Virus record (IMG/VR): IMGVR_UViG_3300045988_098886
Length of the DNA: 64,000 bases
Source of the DNA: a virus
Strand: one strand, 5' to 3'
The notes below the pieces were generated by a model. The model was not told the DNA's origin. It saw only the letters and a list, made by a program, of their open reading frames with translations, and ran no database searches. Positions 38,174 to 47,354 of this stretch are shown here, piece after piece (position 1 is the stretch's first letter; every line of letters begins with the position of its first letter). Both the position numbers and the translations under genes were made by a program.

Positions 38174-38899
38174 ATGGAAAATAAACCACAACACATTCAA
38201 GTTCCAAACGATATGTGTAAAGAACATAACCTAGACCCTACTGATGTCTATGTTTACAGTTACTTGAAAACGTATATGAATAAGGATACTTATGAAGCAT
38301 TTCCATCCATGGAAACACTAGCGAAAGATGCTGGAGTGAGTAAAACTACTGTTAATAAAGCTATTAAAAATCTTGTAGCTAATGGAGACATTTCAGTTAG
38401 AAAAGAGGGAAGAAAAAATGTCTATAAATTTAATCCCTCTTCTAAAAACTTTGAAATGTTTACATATAAATTTATGAGAGATGTTGACCTTACTTCCCAA
38501 CAAAGAATATATATTATATTGACACAACAATATATGTATAAAGATGAGGAAGGATATGGCAAGCTCACTTACTCAAACCAAGAACTTTCAGAAGAAATTG
38601 GATTAAGTGCTTCCACTATTTATAGAAGAAATAAAGAATTAGAAGATAAAGGAATATTACAAGTAATAGATACAGATAAGAAAGACCCAGAAACAGGAGT
38701 AGCAATACAATTGAAATTATTTGATTTATCTAAAATAGCACAAGATGTACTCTTTATAAAGAAGAAACTAGAAGAACATGATAAAGAGATTAAAGAAAAC
38801 AGTAAGACCATTAAGCTCTTATCTAAGGAAGTTGAAGAATTAAGAGCAGAGATAAAGAAATTGAAGGGAGATACAGAATTAAAAATGATAATGGATTAA
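38174..38899 (+). CDS. winged-helix DNA-binding protein (replication initiator or regulator candidate)
   Basis: Two HTH-like segments (ETLAKDAGVSKTTVNKAIKNLVANGDI; ELSEEIGLSASTIYRRNKELEDKGIL) plus a C-terminal coiled coil. Iterons lie upstream. Confidence 0.7.
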   Translation: MENKPQHIQVPNDMCKEHNLDPTDVYVYSYLKTYMNKDTYEAFPSMETLAKDAGVSKTTVNKAIKNLVANGDISVRKEGRKNVYKFNPSSKNFEMFTYKFMRDVDLTSQQRIYIILTQQYMYKDEEGYGKLTYSNQELSEEIGLSASTIYRRNKELEDKGILQVIDTDKKDPETGVAIQLKLFDLSKIAQDVLFIKKKLEEHDKEIKENSKTIKLLSKEVEELRAEIKKLKGDTELKMIMD

Positions 38900-38904
38900 T
38901 AAAA

Positions 38905-39474
38905 ATGAGTACAAAGCAAGAAGTACTTTGGATGATTGATAATTTATGTGTAACACATACAGGATTTGATACGCTTGCACTTAAAAAGATGGTAGAAAAA
39001 CTTGATGATAGACATCTAATATTAGAAGAAGACAATAACGGAGTTGTTACTGCAACTATAAAAGCTTATCCAAGTCCAGCAAAGTATGTGATACAAAAAG
39101 GAAAAGTATCTTACATACAAGAATATAGTGGAGGAACTACCAAATCCGAACGCTTAATTTCTGACTTAGAATCTTTCCTAAGAGAGTTTGAAAACCCAAA
39201 ACTAAAAGAGTTAATATTTGATAACTTTCAAAACAGGATTGATGATATTTATGTAGGAGTAAGAGAACATAGAAATTTGGATGTTCTAAGAGAAGAGTTT
39301 TGCCATTTACAGCAGGATATTTTAACTAAGCAATCCGAATTTAACAATAATACCGTTATTGAAGTATTAAGGAAAGCAGGATTTGAGATAACTAAAACCA
39401 CTAAAGATATTATTACATGTGCAATAGATAATTACTTAGACATTAACGTGAAAACAATAGACAATTTAGACTAA
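38905..39474 (+). CDS. hypothetical protein (189 aa)
   Basis: ORF track. Confidence 0.7.
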   Translation: MSTKQEVLWMIDNLCVTHTGFDTLALKKMVEKLDDRHLILEEDNNGVVTATIKAYPSPAKYVIQKGKVSYIQEYSGGTTKSERLISDLESFLREFENPKLKELIFDNFQNRIDDIYVGVREHRNLDVLREEFCHLQQDILTKQSEFNNNTVIEVLRKAGFEITKTTKDIITCAIDNYLDINVKTIDNLD

Positions 39475-40028
39475 TGAATCCAATTATAATTATACAAGCA
39501 GACTTTATACAAGAACAAGAATTTACCTTTGATAATTTCGATGAATTAAAAGGTTATCTTAAAGGTAAAACAATTTATGTGAGAGAGGAATCTTTACAAA
39601 AAGTTAAAGACATACTAGGGCTATTGGGCCTTAGACATGAAAAACAAATGGTAGAATATCGCGAGGATACCAGTAGAGTAATCGAAGTAGACAATACTAC
39701 TTATACAGTAGACTTTAGTAAGAATTATGAAGACTATGACATTGATGGAGAGGAACTTATTGAGGATTATTATAAACTCAAAGAAGAACTTATCTACTCT
39801 ATCATTCCTTGGCCCATTACTATCTCGGAAGCAAGAGAAATGAATAATCTCAAACTCTCTAAGATTCAAGCATTGGCAGAAACTATGGTAGCAGTAGTAC
39901 ATAATCTTGAGCTTACAGAAGACGATATGGAAGTAGAATGGATGTTCGGAAGACATGGGATTAAGGATGCAGCCCAATTCCTTGAAGACTTAGATATCCA
40001 GCACGATAATCTTAAATATATATGGTAG
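39474..40028 (+). CDS. hypothetical acidic protein (184 aa)
   Basis: ORF track. Confidence 0.7.
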   Translation: MNPIIIIQADFIQEQEFTFDNFDELKGYLKGKTIYVREESLQKVKDILGLLGLRHEKQMVEYREDTSRVIEVDNTTYTVDFSKNYEDYDIDGEELIEDYYKLKEELIYSIIPWPITISEAREMNNLKLSKIQALAETMVAVVHNLELTEDDMEVEWMFGRHGIKDAAQFLEDLDIQHDNLKYIW

Positions 40029-40267
40029 AAGGAATACGTAAGTGTATTATTGAATTAAAAAATCTTGAGCAAGGGATTGAATATGCAGTGGCTGACATTA
40101 ATAAAAGAAATACAGCCCTCGCATCTCAAGAACAGAACATGGTTCAATTATCATCTGAAGTTGAAACTCTTAAAAAAGAGAATGAATCTTTAAAGAAAGA
40201 AAACGAAGAACTAAAGAATAAAATAAAGGAATTGGAGAAAGATGAATCAGGAAATCAACCTAGTTGA
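40022..40267 (+). CDS. hypothetical coiled-coil protein (81 aa)
   Basis: ORF track; heptad-like LKKENESLKKENEELKNKIKELE. Confidence 0.6.
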   Translation: MVEGIRKCIIELKNLEQGIEYAVADINKRNTALASQEQNMVQLSSEVETLKKENESLKKENEELKNKIKELEKDESGNQPS

Positions 40268-40347
40268 GGAAGCTTTATATATGGATGCATACATAGTAGA
40301 AGAATGGATTTATTATTTTCCAGACATGGAAACAATATTTTTAAATT

Positions 40348-40728
40348 ATGATTAGAAACTTAAGAGAAATTATACTTAATAGAATTGCTGAAATAATCAA
40401 GGGAAATGATTATGATGAAATATATGCAACAGGGAAAAGACCTGCATTAGAAGAATTAGAAGTATTAAATAAGTTGTTACAGAATATCTCTGAAACTGAT
40501 TTAGTAAATGTTCCAGATGAGGACATCAAAGAAGGAGATGTATACAGAGTATCTGATGGCAATACTTATATTAAAGGATGCTTCGAAACTCCAGAAGTCT
40601 CAACACCTTGTAGTAAATGTTCTAACTATCTTGAGTCTTTACGGACAGGAAAGACATTAGTATGTAACTGCACATTGGGATTACCATCTATAACTTGTAC
40701 TTATGAGTATAAAAGTAACATCGAATAA
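40348..40728 (+). CDS. hypothetical protein (126 aa, Cys-rich C-terminus)
   Basis: ORF track. Confidence 0.65.
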   Translation: MIRNLREIILNRIAEIIKGNDYDEIYATGKRPALEELEVLNKLLQNISETDLVNVPDEDIKEGDVYRVSDGNTYIKGCFETPEVSTPCSKCSNYLESLRTGKTLVCNCTLGLPSITCTYEYKSNIE

Positions 40729-40903
40729 AGAAATAAGAGACACAGTTCTCGCAGGCTTAAAGAAGAACAAGGATAAATATGGCAAGAAGTACTGTCCTTG
40801 TTCTTTAGTAAGAGAAGATGATACAGTATGTATGTGTAAAGAGTTTAGAGAAATGGAAGAAGGAATTTGCCATTGCCAACTCTATATAAAGACTAAGGAT
40901 TAA
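40703..40903 (+). CDS. small Cys-cluster protein resembling the ferredoxin:thioredoxin reductase catalytic chain (weak)
   Basis: CPC...CMC...CHC spacing in YCPCSLVREDDTVCMCKEFREMEEGICHCQLY. Confidence 0.45.
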   Translation: MSIKVTSNKEIRDTVLAGLKKNKDKYGKKYCPCSLVREDDTVCMCKEFREMEEGICHCQLYIKTKD

Positions 40904-41139
40904 TGTGCATTAGTACAATGAGGTTTCCAGCTAAATCTTTTAGGATTGACTTCCCTGAAAGAACTCTTAGAAAATACGAGGTAACTCTTACGGGTTTAAA
41001 AGGGTATGGAATTAATTATGGAGTTATAGAATCTATTACTTCCCAATCTGAAGAATGTGATGAAGAACATCTAGGTCAAACTGTATTAGATTTATTAAAG
41101 AGAAGTCCAGGATTATGGAAGATTCAATTATACATGTAA
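40903..41139 (+). CDS. hypothetical protein (78 aa)
   Basis: ORF track. Confidence 0.55.
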   Translation: MCISTMRFPAKSFRIDFPERTLRKYEVTLTGLKGYGINYGVIESITSQSEECDEEHLGQTVLDLLKRSPGLWKIQLYM

Positions 41140-41153
41140 CACAATTATGAACA

Positions 41154-41411
41154 ATGCAAGTATTCGAATTAAAATATCCAATAAGTAATATACAGGGAGT
41201 CTTTATAGAGGAAGAAGATTTTGAGAAAGACCCAGCAAGAATAGCTTTAAATATAGGACATGTTTCAGTGATATTCTTTCCAGAGCAATATAAGAGTACT
41301 TACATGAATACTAATCTTTGGCATAAACTAATGCCTTGTGTAACTATTAATGGAGTCTTACATGCAAAGATATTTTTCTATTCACCCTCATTTAATCTTG
41401 ATTGGGAATGA
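41154..41411 (+). CDS. hypothetical protein (85 aa)
   Basis: ORF track. Confidence 0.55.
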   Translation: MQVFELKYPISNIQGVFIEEEDFEKDPARIALNIGHVSVIFFPEQYKSTYMNTNLWHKLMPCVTINGVLHAKIFFYSPSFNLDWE

Positions 41412-41653
41412 AAAGACCTATTTACATAGGCGAAGGACTAATCCCTCAAGTAGAAAGACACCTTATGTTTGAAGCAGTAAACACATGGAATGAAAAACAT
41501 CCAAATCAGTTATTAGTATTAAATAGATATGAAAATATATTTATCCTATGTCTTTATAATAAGAAAGAAGATGGAACTCATGAAAAGGAATTTTCAGTAT
41601 CAGGAGATAGCTTTAGAAAGGCATGGGATGCATTTATTGAAGTAACAGAATAA
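41402..41653 (+). CDS. hypothetical protein (83 aa)
   Basis: ORF track. Confidence 0.6.
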   Translation: MGMKRPIYIGEGLIPQVERHLMFEAVNTWNEKHPNQLLVLNRYENIFILCLYNKKEDGTHEKEFSVSGDSFRKAWDAFIEVTE

Positions 41654-41913
41654 TGGAATATGATATACGCGAATTTGAAATTCTGCATGAATTAGAAGGA
41701 GAAACTAAAATATTTGAGGATAAATATCCTACATATTTTCTTGTTATATTATGTGAGAAAGATATAATGTTTCTTGGTAGATATACAGGAAAACTATTTT
41801 CTGAATTTAATAAGTCAGAACCTATTGGTTATATAGGAAGAAGAAATTCAGCACGAGAGGTTAGAGAAAGTGCAGAAAAAATGATGATACAAATAAAGGC
41901 GGGCACCAAATAG
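41653..41913 (+). CDS. hypothetical protein (86 aa)
   Basis: ORF track. Confidence 0.6.
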   Translation: MEYDIREFEILHELEGETKIFEDKYPTYFLVILCEKDIMFLGRYTGKLFSEFNKSEPIGYIGRRNSAREVRESAEKMMIQIKAGTK

Positions 41914-41928
41914 GTACTCGCCTTTTTT
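41897..41928 (+). terminator. terminator hairpin at a convergent gene junction
   Basis: AGGCG..N17..CGCC followed by TTTTTT, between the plus ORF 41653..41913 and the minus ORF 41930..42181. Confidence 0.5.
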
Positions 41929-41929
41929 A

Positions 41930-42181
41930 TTATATAAGAACTAATAAAAGTCCTATTACTATTCCAATTGCATCTGCGAGAATGTCATACCAATCCCACT
42001 TATTACCCGGAGCTTTACTATCTCCGTATTCTTTACCTATTGATAAACCTGCTGCTAGACCTATACCTAGCCAGATGTTTATACTTCCAGCAATTAACAT
42101 TACTAAAAGATTAACTAAACAATGTTTCAGTTTATCACTTTGTTTTAGGAAGTTTACTATTTTCTTCAGAATTTCCTTCAT
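41930..42181 (-). CDS. small membrane protein (83 aa)
   Basis: Hydrophobic helices LVNLLVMLIAGSINIWLGIGLAAGL and AIGIVIGLLLVLI. Confidence 0.55.
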   Translation of the reverse strand: MKEILKKIVNFLKQSDKLKHCLVNLLVMLIAGSINIWLGIGLAAGLSIGKEYGDSKAPGNKWDWYDILADAIGIVIGLLLVLI

Positions 42182-42404
42182 CGCTTTTAATTTTTTTCCA
42201 AATACCTGTTACTGAATCTATTCCTAATAAAGCCATAACACATATTAAAAATGTATCTATCATTAATGGTGCTTGTATACACATTACAGTACAATATATA
42301 AGTACTGCAACTGCTACAAACCATCCTATTACTCCACACACTCGCTTAGACGAGATTCCAGAATGTGAAGTAAACATTTGTCTTACGAAAGTTATGAATC
42401 TCAT
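42135..42404 (-). CDS. holin-like membrane protein (89 aa)
   Basis: Two or three TM segments followed by a charged tail KKIKSDEGNSEENSKLPKTK. Overlaps the next membrane ORF. Confidence 0.5.
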   Translation of the reverse strand: MRFITFVRQMFTSHSGISSKRVCGVIGWFVAVAVLIYCTVMCIQAPLMIDTFLICVMALLGIDSVTGIWKKIKSDEGNSEENSKLPKTK

Positions 42405-42478
42405 TTATTCATGAGCATTTGTTATTATGTCATTTTAATTACTATCTTTGCAATTATTAATTTTAAAATTGTAAGATT

Positions 42479-42823
42479 ATGCAGTCTCCTTTTATTCTCT
42501 ATGGTAAATCGGGGAAGAAATATGAATTTCATTCTATTTGCCCTATTTCCACTCTTCCAAATCTAAAATTTCAAAAGGATTTTGGAATCATATATGTATA
42601 TCTCCATATTGATTCTAATGAGAATATACGTCTTATTTACTGTGGTAAAGACGAAAACCCTCCCAAGAGATTTAGAGAGCACGAAGAAAATGATAAAAAC
42701 ATAATCAGCAAATCTAATTTTGTTGCAATATGTCACTATCTATATCTAAAGGATATGGAAAATGACGAAATTGATTTAATAAAAGGCAATCCATTCGAGG
42801 AGAATATTCAACATAATTCATAG
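42479..42823 (+). CDS. GIY-YIG-like nuclease domain protein (weak)
   Basis: GIIYVYL ... LIYCGKDENPPKRFREHE resembles the GIY / YIG / R..E motifs. It is a lone plus-strand gene between minus-strand genes. Confidence 0.45.
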   Translation: MQSPFILYGKSGKKYEFHSICPISTLPNLKFQKDFGIIYVYLHIDSNENIRLIYCGKDENPPKRFREHEENDKNIISKSNFVAICHYLYLKDMENDEIDLIKGNPFEENIQHNS

Positions 42824-43045
42824 ATTTTTCAATATTTCTACTGGAATGTAAGTTGCCAATTTCCAATCTGTACTATTTATTTCCGCTTCGTTGAACGTGT
42901 ATGCATTATCTATTTCACATACACATATCTTTTTTGTATCATTTCTAAATATGGCTATTAACGTTCCATATACATTATTATGTAGTCGTATTTTAAGTCC
43001 TTTAACCTCCGTGTCTTTAATCCATTTATTTAATTCATTTTCCAT
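42818..43045 (-). CDS. hypothetical protein (75 aa)
   Basis: ORF track. Confidence 0.55.
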   Translation of the reverse strand: MENELNKWIKDTEVKGLKIRLHNNVYGTLIAIFRNDTKKICVCEIDNAYTFNEAEINSTDWKLATYIPVEILKNL

Positions 43046-43048
43046 AAT

Positions 43049-43408
43049 TCATTTGTTCATTTCATTTATAAAGTACTCTATTGTATTCCAATACTTATCT
43101 ACTTGCTGCTTTACATACCACATATCTAAATGAGAATATTTTCCAAAATTATCATCTTGTATATCAAGAATATACTCTCCAATAGGTTCTGGATATGGGT
43201 TAGTCACATATATATTCAATACTACTTCCCCTAAATATTTATCCAGTAGTTTAGATTCAGAATAAGGAGTTTCGATAAAATGCCCATTTGTATCACATTG
43301 ACTTAACGTAGTAACTAAGAACTCTTTAACTGCATCTTTATTAGTATCTTTATTGACTCTAATTAGTCTATTCCCATTTCCATTTATTGCATTTATTATC
43401 ATAATCAA
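43049..43408 (-). CDS. hypothetical protein (119 aa)
   Basis: ORF track. Confidence 0.6.
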   Translation of the reverse strand: MIMIINAINGNGNRLIRVNKDTNKDAVKEFLVTTLSQCDTNGHFIETPYSESKLLDKYLGEVVLNIYVTNPYPEPIGEYILDIQDDNFGKYSHLDMWYVKQQVDKYWNTIEYFINEMNK

Positions 43409-44049
43409 TTTGTTTTAAATCCGTTTTTAATTGCCCACTGCTCTTCTACTGGAGATGCAGGGTCATAGAATACTTTATTGTAAGGCATCCTATTTAAAAC
43501 AGCCTTATCACTATAAACTTGTGGATAATGGTAGCTACTAGTCACTTCTCCATTGGGGTACGTAAAATATCCCTTACTATTAGCTATTTTATCTACAAGT
43601 TCAGGGTTCAGGTCTTTTATATCTACAACCCCAGCATCTAACCCTGTATCTTTTTCTATCTTTCTATAATCTTTTATAGTAGGAGTTCCTCTCTTTGATT
43701 GTAACTTCTGAATTTCTTCTGCGTATGCTTTCTTCGATGCAGGAGACACGTTGTCTTTAAAACCAGTTTTAGCCAGTCTTCTCTGTAAGGGTGTCATCCT
43801 TGAATACCTAGTTAAATTTCCTAGATATTCTGCTTGCATATCCTCATATATCTGCCTTAACTTAGGACTACTAAGAGTACTCATTCCTTTATCTTGGGCA
43901 TTTATTAATGCTGATTTATTTCCACTTACTAAAGTCGTTTGGGACGGCTTTGCTGTTATATTAGCAAATGGATAGAATGTATCTGAAGGCTCTACAGATG
44001 CAGGCTTTAATCCTTTAGTAATTTTAGGGTCAAATATCATTAAATCCAT
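43405..44049 (-). CDS. hypothetical protein (214 aa); possibly the readthrough extension of 44209..46428
   Basis: ORF track. It is in the same frame as the upstream ORF, separated by one TGA plus 53 open codons. Confidence 0.6.
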   Translation of the reverse strand: MDLMIFDPKITKGLKPASVEPSDTFYPFANITAKPSQTTLVSGNKSALINAQDKGMSTLSSPKLRQIYEDMQAEYLGNLTRYSRMTPLQRRLAKTGFKDNVSPASKKAYAEEIQKLQSKRGTPTIKDYRKIEKDTGLDAGVVDIKDLNPELVDKIANSKGYFTYPNGEVTSSYHYPQVYSDKAVLNRMPYNKVFYDPASPVEEQWAIKNGFKTN

Positions 44050-44208
44050 GTGGTCCCAATTATTTTTCTCTGAATGAGATACAACTGGTCTGTCAGTAGT
44101 AAAATTAGTTCTGGCAAAATCAGCTCTTGGAGTAGGATTACTTACTTGTATAGTACCATTGGAATTAATGGGCGCAGGTTCAGAAATCTTCCTAAGTAAT
44201 TCTGGATT

Positions 44209-46428
44209 TCAAGCTTTAGTATTAAGATTTAGCCTTCTTCCTACTGTACCTGTAAATCTCTGTAGAGGATTACCATAATATCCGAACTTTCCACCAACAG
44301 TAGTGTATGCATCTCCTGCTATTAGTCTCGGAGTCATATTAGCTCCTAATCCACCAACAGCTCCTCCAATAAGCCCACCCATTGTTTTATAATTAGTATT
44401 ATTATCTGTTTTATCATCAATAGATTCTCCTACTTTAGTACCTACATAACTGGTTCCCAGACTTATTAATGTAGGAATTGTAGCTGTAGCAAGTCCATAT
44501 CCAAGTCCTGCTATTCCAGCGCCTGCCAGTACTGGAGTTGCTAGTTCTCCAGTAGTCTTTAGAAATTTACGCTTTCCTCTATCTACTGCACCAGCAAGAT
44601 TAATATTTCTGGGAGTAACTGTTACTTCTGGAAGAGTGACATTATTCATGCCATTCTCATTAGTAACTGGCAATACCATATTACCTCTCTTATCATAACC
44701 TCCCATATATTTAATCCCACTAGAAGGATTCTGATATTTAATAATACCACCTCTCTTTAAGTACTTATTAAGTGATAAAGTTCCATTCAAATTTCTCCTA
44801 TAAGAATCTTTATCTGCACTATAATTATACTTTCCAGAATTATTTCCATGCAATCTATCTATAAAGTCATTAGTATCTTTAGCATCTAAAGCTTTATATC
44901 TATCATTCAATACTTTTACTTTATAATTAGCATAAGACTTTAAATCATCAAAATCTATATAATCAAATCCGTCTTTGTATCTGCTCTTCTTATATTTAGG
45001 AGCTATTGAATCACCTGGATGCTTAATTCCACTTAAGTTAAACCCTCTTTCACCTCTAGGGTCTAATCCATAATTACTTTCTAATGCTGCTTGCCTTACT
45101 AAGTTATTAAGATTAGTAGTGGGCAATCCATTTTCTTCTAATGCTTCTTTAAAGATAGGAGTCATTACACTCGCAAACTCTTCAAACTTATTCCCTGTAC
45201 TTCCAAATTTATGGGAATAATCTAGAGAAGGCTTCTTTCCTTCTAATAGCTTATTGATAAAAGGATTAACACTTCCAGATAAGAATGAAGTTGCAGCACT
45301 AGGAGCATATTCTTTAATAATATCTACAACATTAACAGGCTCTTTAGGTTCTTCTTTTGGAAGAATACTCTTAACCTTATTAATAGCTTTGGTTACTATT
45401 CCGTCTTGTGCTTTAATGACACCACCATTTTCTAACTGTTCACTTTGTGGAGTTACTGGAGTTCTCGCTTCTGGTTTAGGTTTATAAGACTTATATCTGC
45501 TCCAATCAAAACCAATCATTTCTTCATTATGAGCATCTGATTTCTCTTGCCTAAATCGCCTTAATATTCTAGCTTTTAACTCTCCTGCGTTTTGTAACTT
45601 TGGAATCTTCATTCCTACTTGAGCTTTAGCTATTTGATTATAGACGTTAGATAATGCTTGTCTGTATTTAGGGTCAGTTGCATATCCACCTTTGACTACT
45701 CTATCAATAAAGTCTCCAGTGAAGGCATTATATCTTTTATTATTTAATAATGATACATGATAATTAGCATAATCATTTATATCTTTAAAGTCTCTAAAGC
45801 TATCGTTTATATGGATACTCTTTCCATTAATTACCTCTCTAGTTTTTCTTATAGTTCCTTTCCCTTTTATCCCTCCAAAGTTGAATTTACCTGACTGACT
45901 TTTTCCCCAATTACTTTCTAAAGCTGACTGGGCTACTAAATATTTTGCATATTTTGTATCCAAACCTTTAGCCTTAAGTGCATTTTCAAATGCGGGAGTC
46001 ATTGTCTTTATAAACTCATCCTTTGACTTTATATTGATAGGTGTAGATTCTTTACTTTCTACAATAGGAGTTTCTTCTTTAGAAGTGGGAAGAGGTTCTG
46101 TATTTACCTTCTCTTCAACAACTGGCTCTTCCTTCTTCTCCTCTGCTTTAGCCATTACATTCTGTCTATTAGCTTCCAATCTATTTATTGGAAGTTCTTC
46201 AATTTCAACAGTAGCTACAGGCTGTTCAAATACTGGGCCTTCATAAGGAGTTATACTATTATATGTAGTAAATATATTTCCTCCTAATTGTCGTTTAAGA
46301 GTAGTAGGTTTTTTCAAATCAGATGTAGGAGTTGTTGACTTAACAACTTTCTTTCTCATGTCTCGTTTAGTCCCTGTTAGAATTTTATGATTCTTTACTA
46401 ACGGAGACTCTTTAAATTTCATCGCCAT
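44209..46428 (-). CDS. peptidoglycan hydrolase with two glucosaminidase (FlgJ/GH73-like) domains and a Gly-rich C-terminus
   Basis: LVAQSALESNWGKSQSGKFNFGGIK and LVRQAALESNYGLDPRGERGFNLSGIK motifs. C-terminal GGLIGGAVGGLGAN-type hydrophobic Gly-rich region. Confidence 0.75.
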   Translation of the reverse strand: MAMKFKESPLVKNHKILTGTKRDMRKKVVKSTTPTSDLKKPTTLKRQLGGNIFTTYNSITPYEGPVFEQPVATVEIEELPINRLEANRQNVMAKAEEKKEEPVVEEKVNTEPLPTSKEETPIVESKESTPINIKSKDEFIKTMTPAFENALKAKGLDTKYAKYLVAQSALESNWGKSQSGKFNFGGIKGKGTIRKTREVINGKSIHINDSFRDFKDINDYANYHVSLLNNKRYNAFTGDFIDRVVKGGYATDPKYRQALSNVYNQIAKAQVGMKIPKLQNAGELKARILRRFRQEKSDAHNEEMIGFDWSRYKSYKPKPEARTPVTPQSEQLENGGVIKAQDGIVTKAINKVKSILPKEEPKEPVNVVDIIKEYAPSAATSFLSGSVNPFINKLLEGKKPSLDYSHKFGSTGNKFEEFASVMTPIFKEALEENGLPTTNLNNLVRQAALESNYGLDPRGERGFNLSGIKHPGDSIAPKYKKSRYKDGFDYIDFDDLKSYANYKVKVLNDRYKALDAKDTNDFIDRLHGNNSGKYNYSADKDSYRRNLNGTLSLNKYLKRGGIIKYQNPSSGIKYMGGYDKRGNMVLPVTNENGMNNVTLPEVTVTPRNINLAGAVDRGKRKFLKTTGELATPVLAGAGIAGLGYGLATATIPTLISLGTSYVGTKVGESIDDKTDNNTNYKTMGGLIGGAVGGLGANMTPRLIAGDAYTTVGGKFGYYGNPLQRFTGTVGRRLNLNTKA

Positions 46429-46793
46429 ATTCTTTTAATCCATTTGTATTGAAAGACTTTTCTGCTTTCATAATAATCAACCTCATATTGAGCCATTCTA
46501 GCTTCTCTTTCAAAAGAGATAGCTCTATACGCAGTATGCCAATTTCTATATATAATTAACTTAATAAGGAACTCTAATACATATAAGGGATAGTATGGAA
46601 GTATTCCAACTTCTAACATTTGTATTGTATGAGTTCCTTCATGTCTGGCTGCCATATCAGTAAAGTTTTTTAGAACATCCTTTATTCTGGTAACCATTAT
46701 TCCAAAGAAATTAAAATACTTAAAGCTCTTAAAAGGAAGTAACTTGTTAATAAAGAATAAGAGTTTTCTTTTCTTATCCCATACGAATTTCAT
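46419..46793 (-). CDS. hypothetical protein with HExxH motif (possible metallopeptidase)
   Basis: ARHEGTHTIQMLE. Confidence 0.5.
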   Translation of the reverse strand: MKFVWDKKRKLLFFINKLLPFKSFKYFNFFGIMVTRIKDVLKNFTDMAARHEGTHTIQMLEVGILPYYPLYVLEFLIKLIIYRNWHTAYRAISFEREARMAQYEVDYYESRKVFQYKWIKRIWR

Positions 46794-46803
46794 ACTCTAA
46801 ATT

Positions 46804-47190
46804 TTAGATAGATTGTTTATAATTATCATCTAACCATTTTCTAAAGGCTTGTGCATCAAAGTTTTCAAGTGGTCTAATTACTCCTCCTTTTTCATGTTTC
46901 CATTTAGCAGCATTACGAGCAAAGTTAGCTCTTTTCTTTTGTAATGGAGTTGCATTAGGATTGTTGAGTACTGAACGAGCATGTTCTTGAACACTTTGTC
47001 CTGCTTTCTTTGCAGACGCTGTGAACTTACCTTTGTTTTCAGGTTTTATATGAATTCCACTTCCGCTCTTGTGTTTTGGAATCAATCTACCTCCTCTTTT
47101 AAAATAATCTGCTTCTTCGTAGCTAAGTGAATTTACGTAGCCTACGGCTGCTTTATGCAGTCTGTCCAATAAAGTTTTATTTTCTCCCAT
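46804..47190 (-). CDS. hypothetical basic protein (128 aa)
   Basis: ORF track. Confidence 0.6.
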   Translation of the reverse strand: MGENKTLLDRLHKAAVGYVNSLSYEEADYFKRGGRLIPKHKSGSGIHIKPENKGKFTASAKKAGQSVQEHARSVLNNPNATPLQKKRANFARNAAKWKHEKGGVIRPLENFDAQAFRKWLDDNYKQSI

Positions 47191-47354
47191 AGTATAATAA
47201 AATAATTATTTCATTTTGTAGACTACAAAAATATAGCTAAATTTGCACAATAACAAATGAAAGTATGAATTATATGAAATAATGTGGAAAATTTAAGTAA
47301 AGATTTTTAGAACTATTTAACTATTTAAGAATTTAAAGAAACAGAACAATTAGT

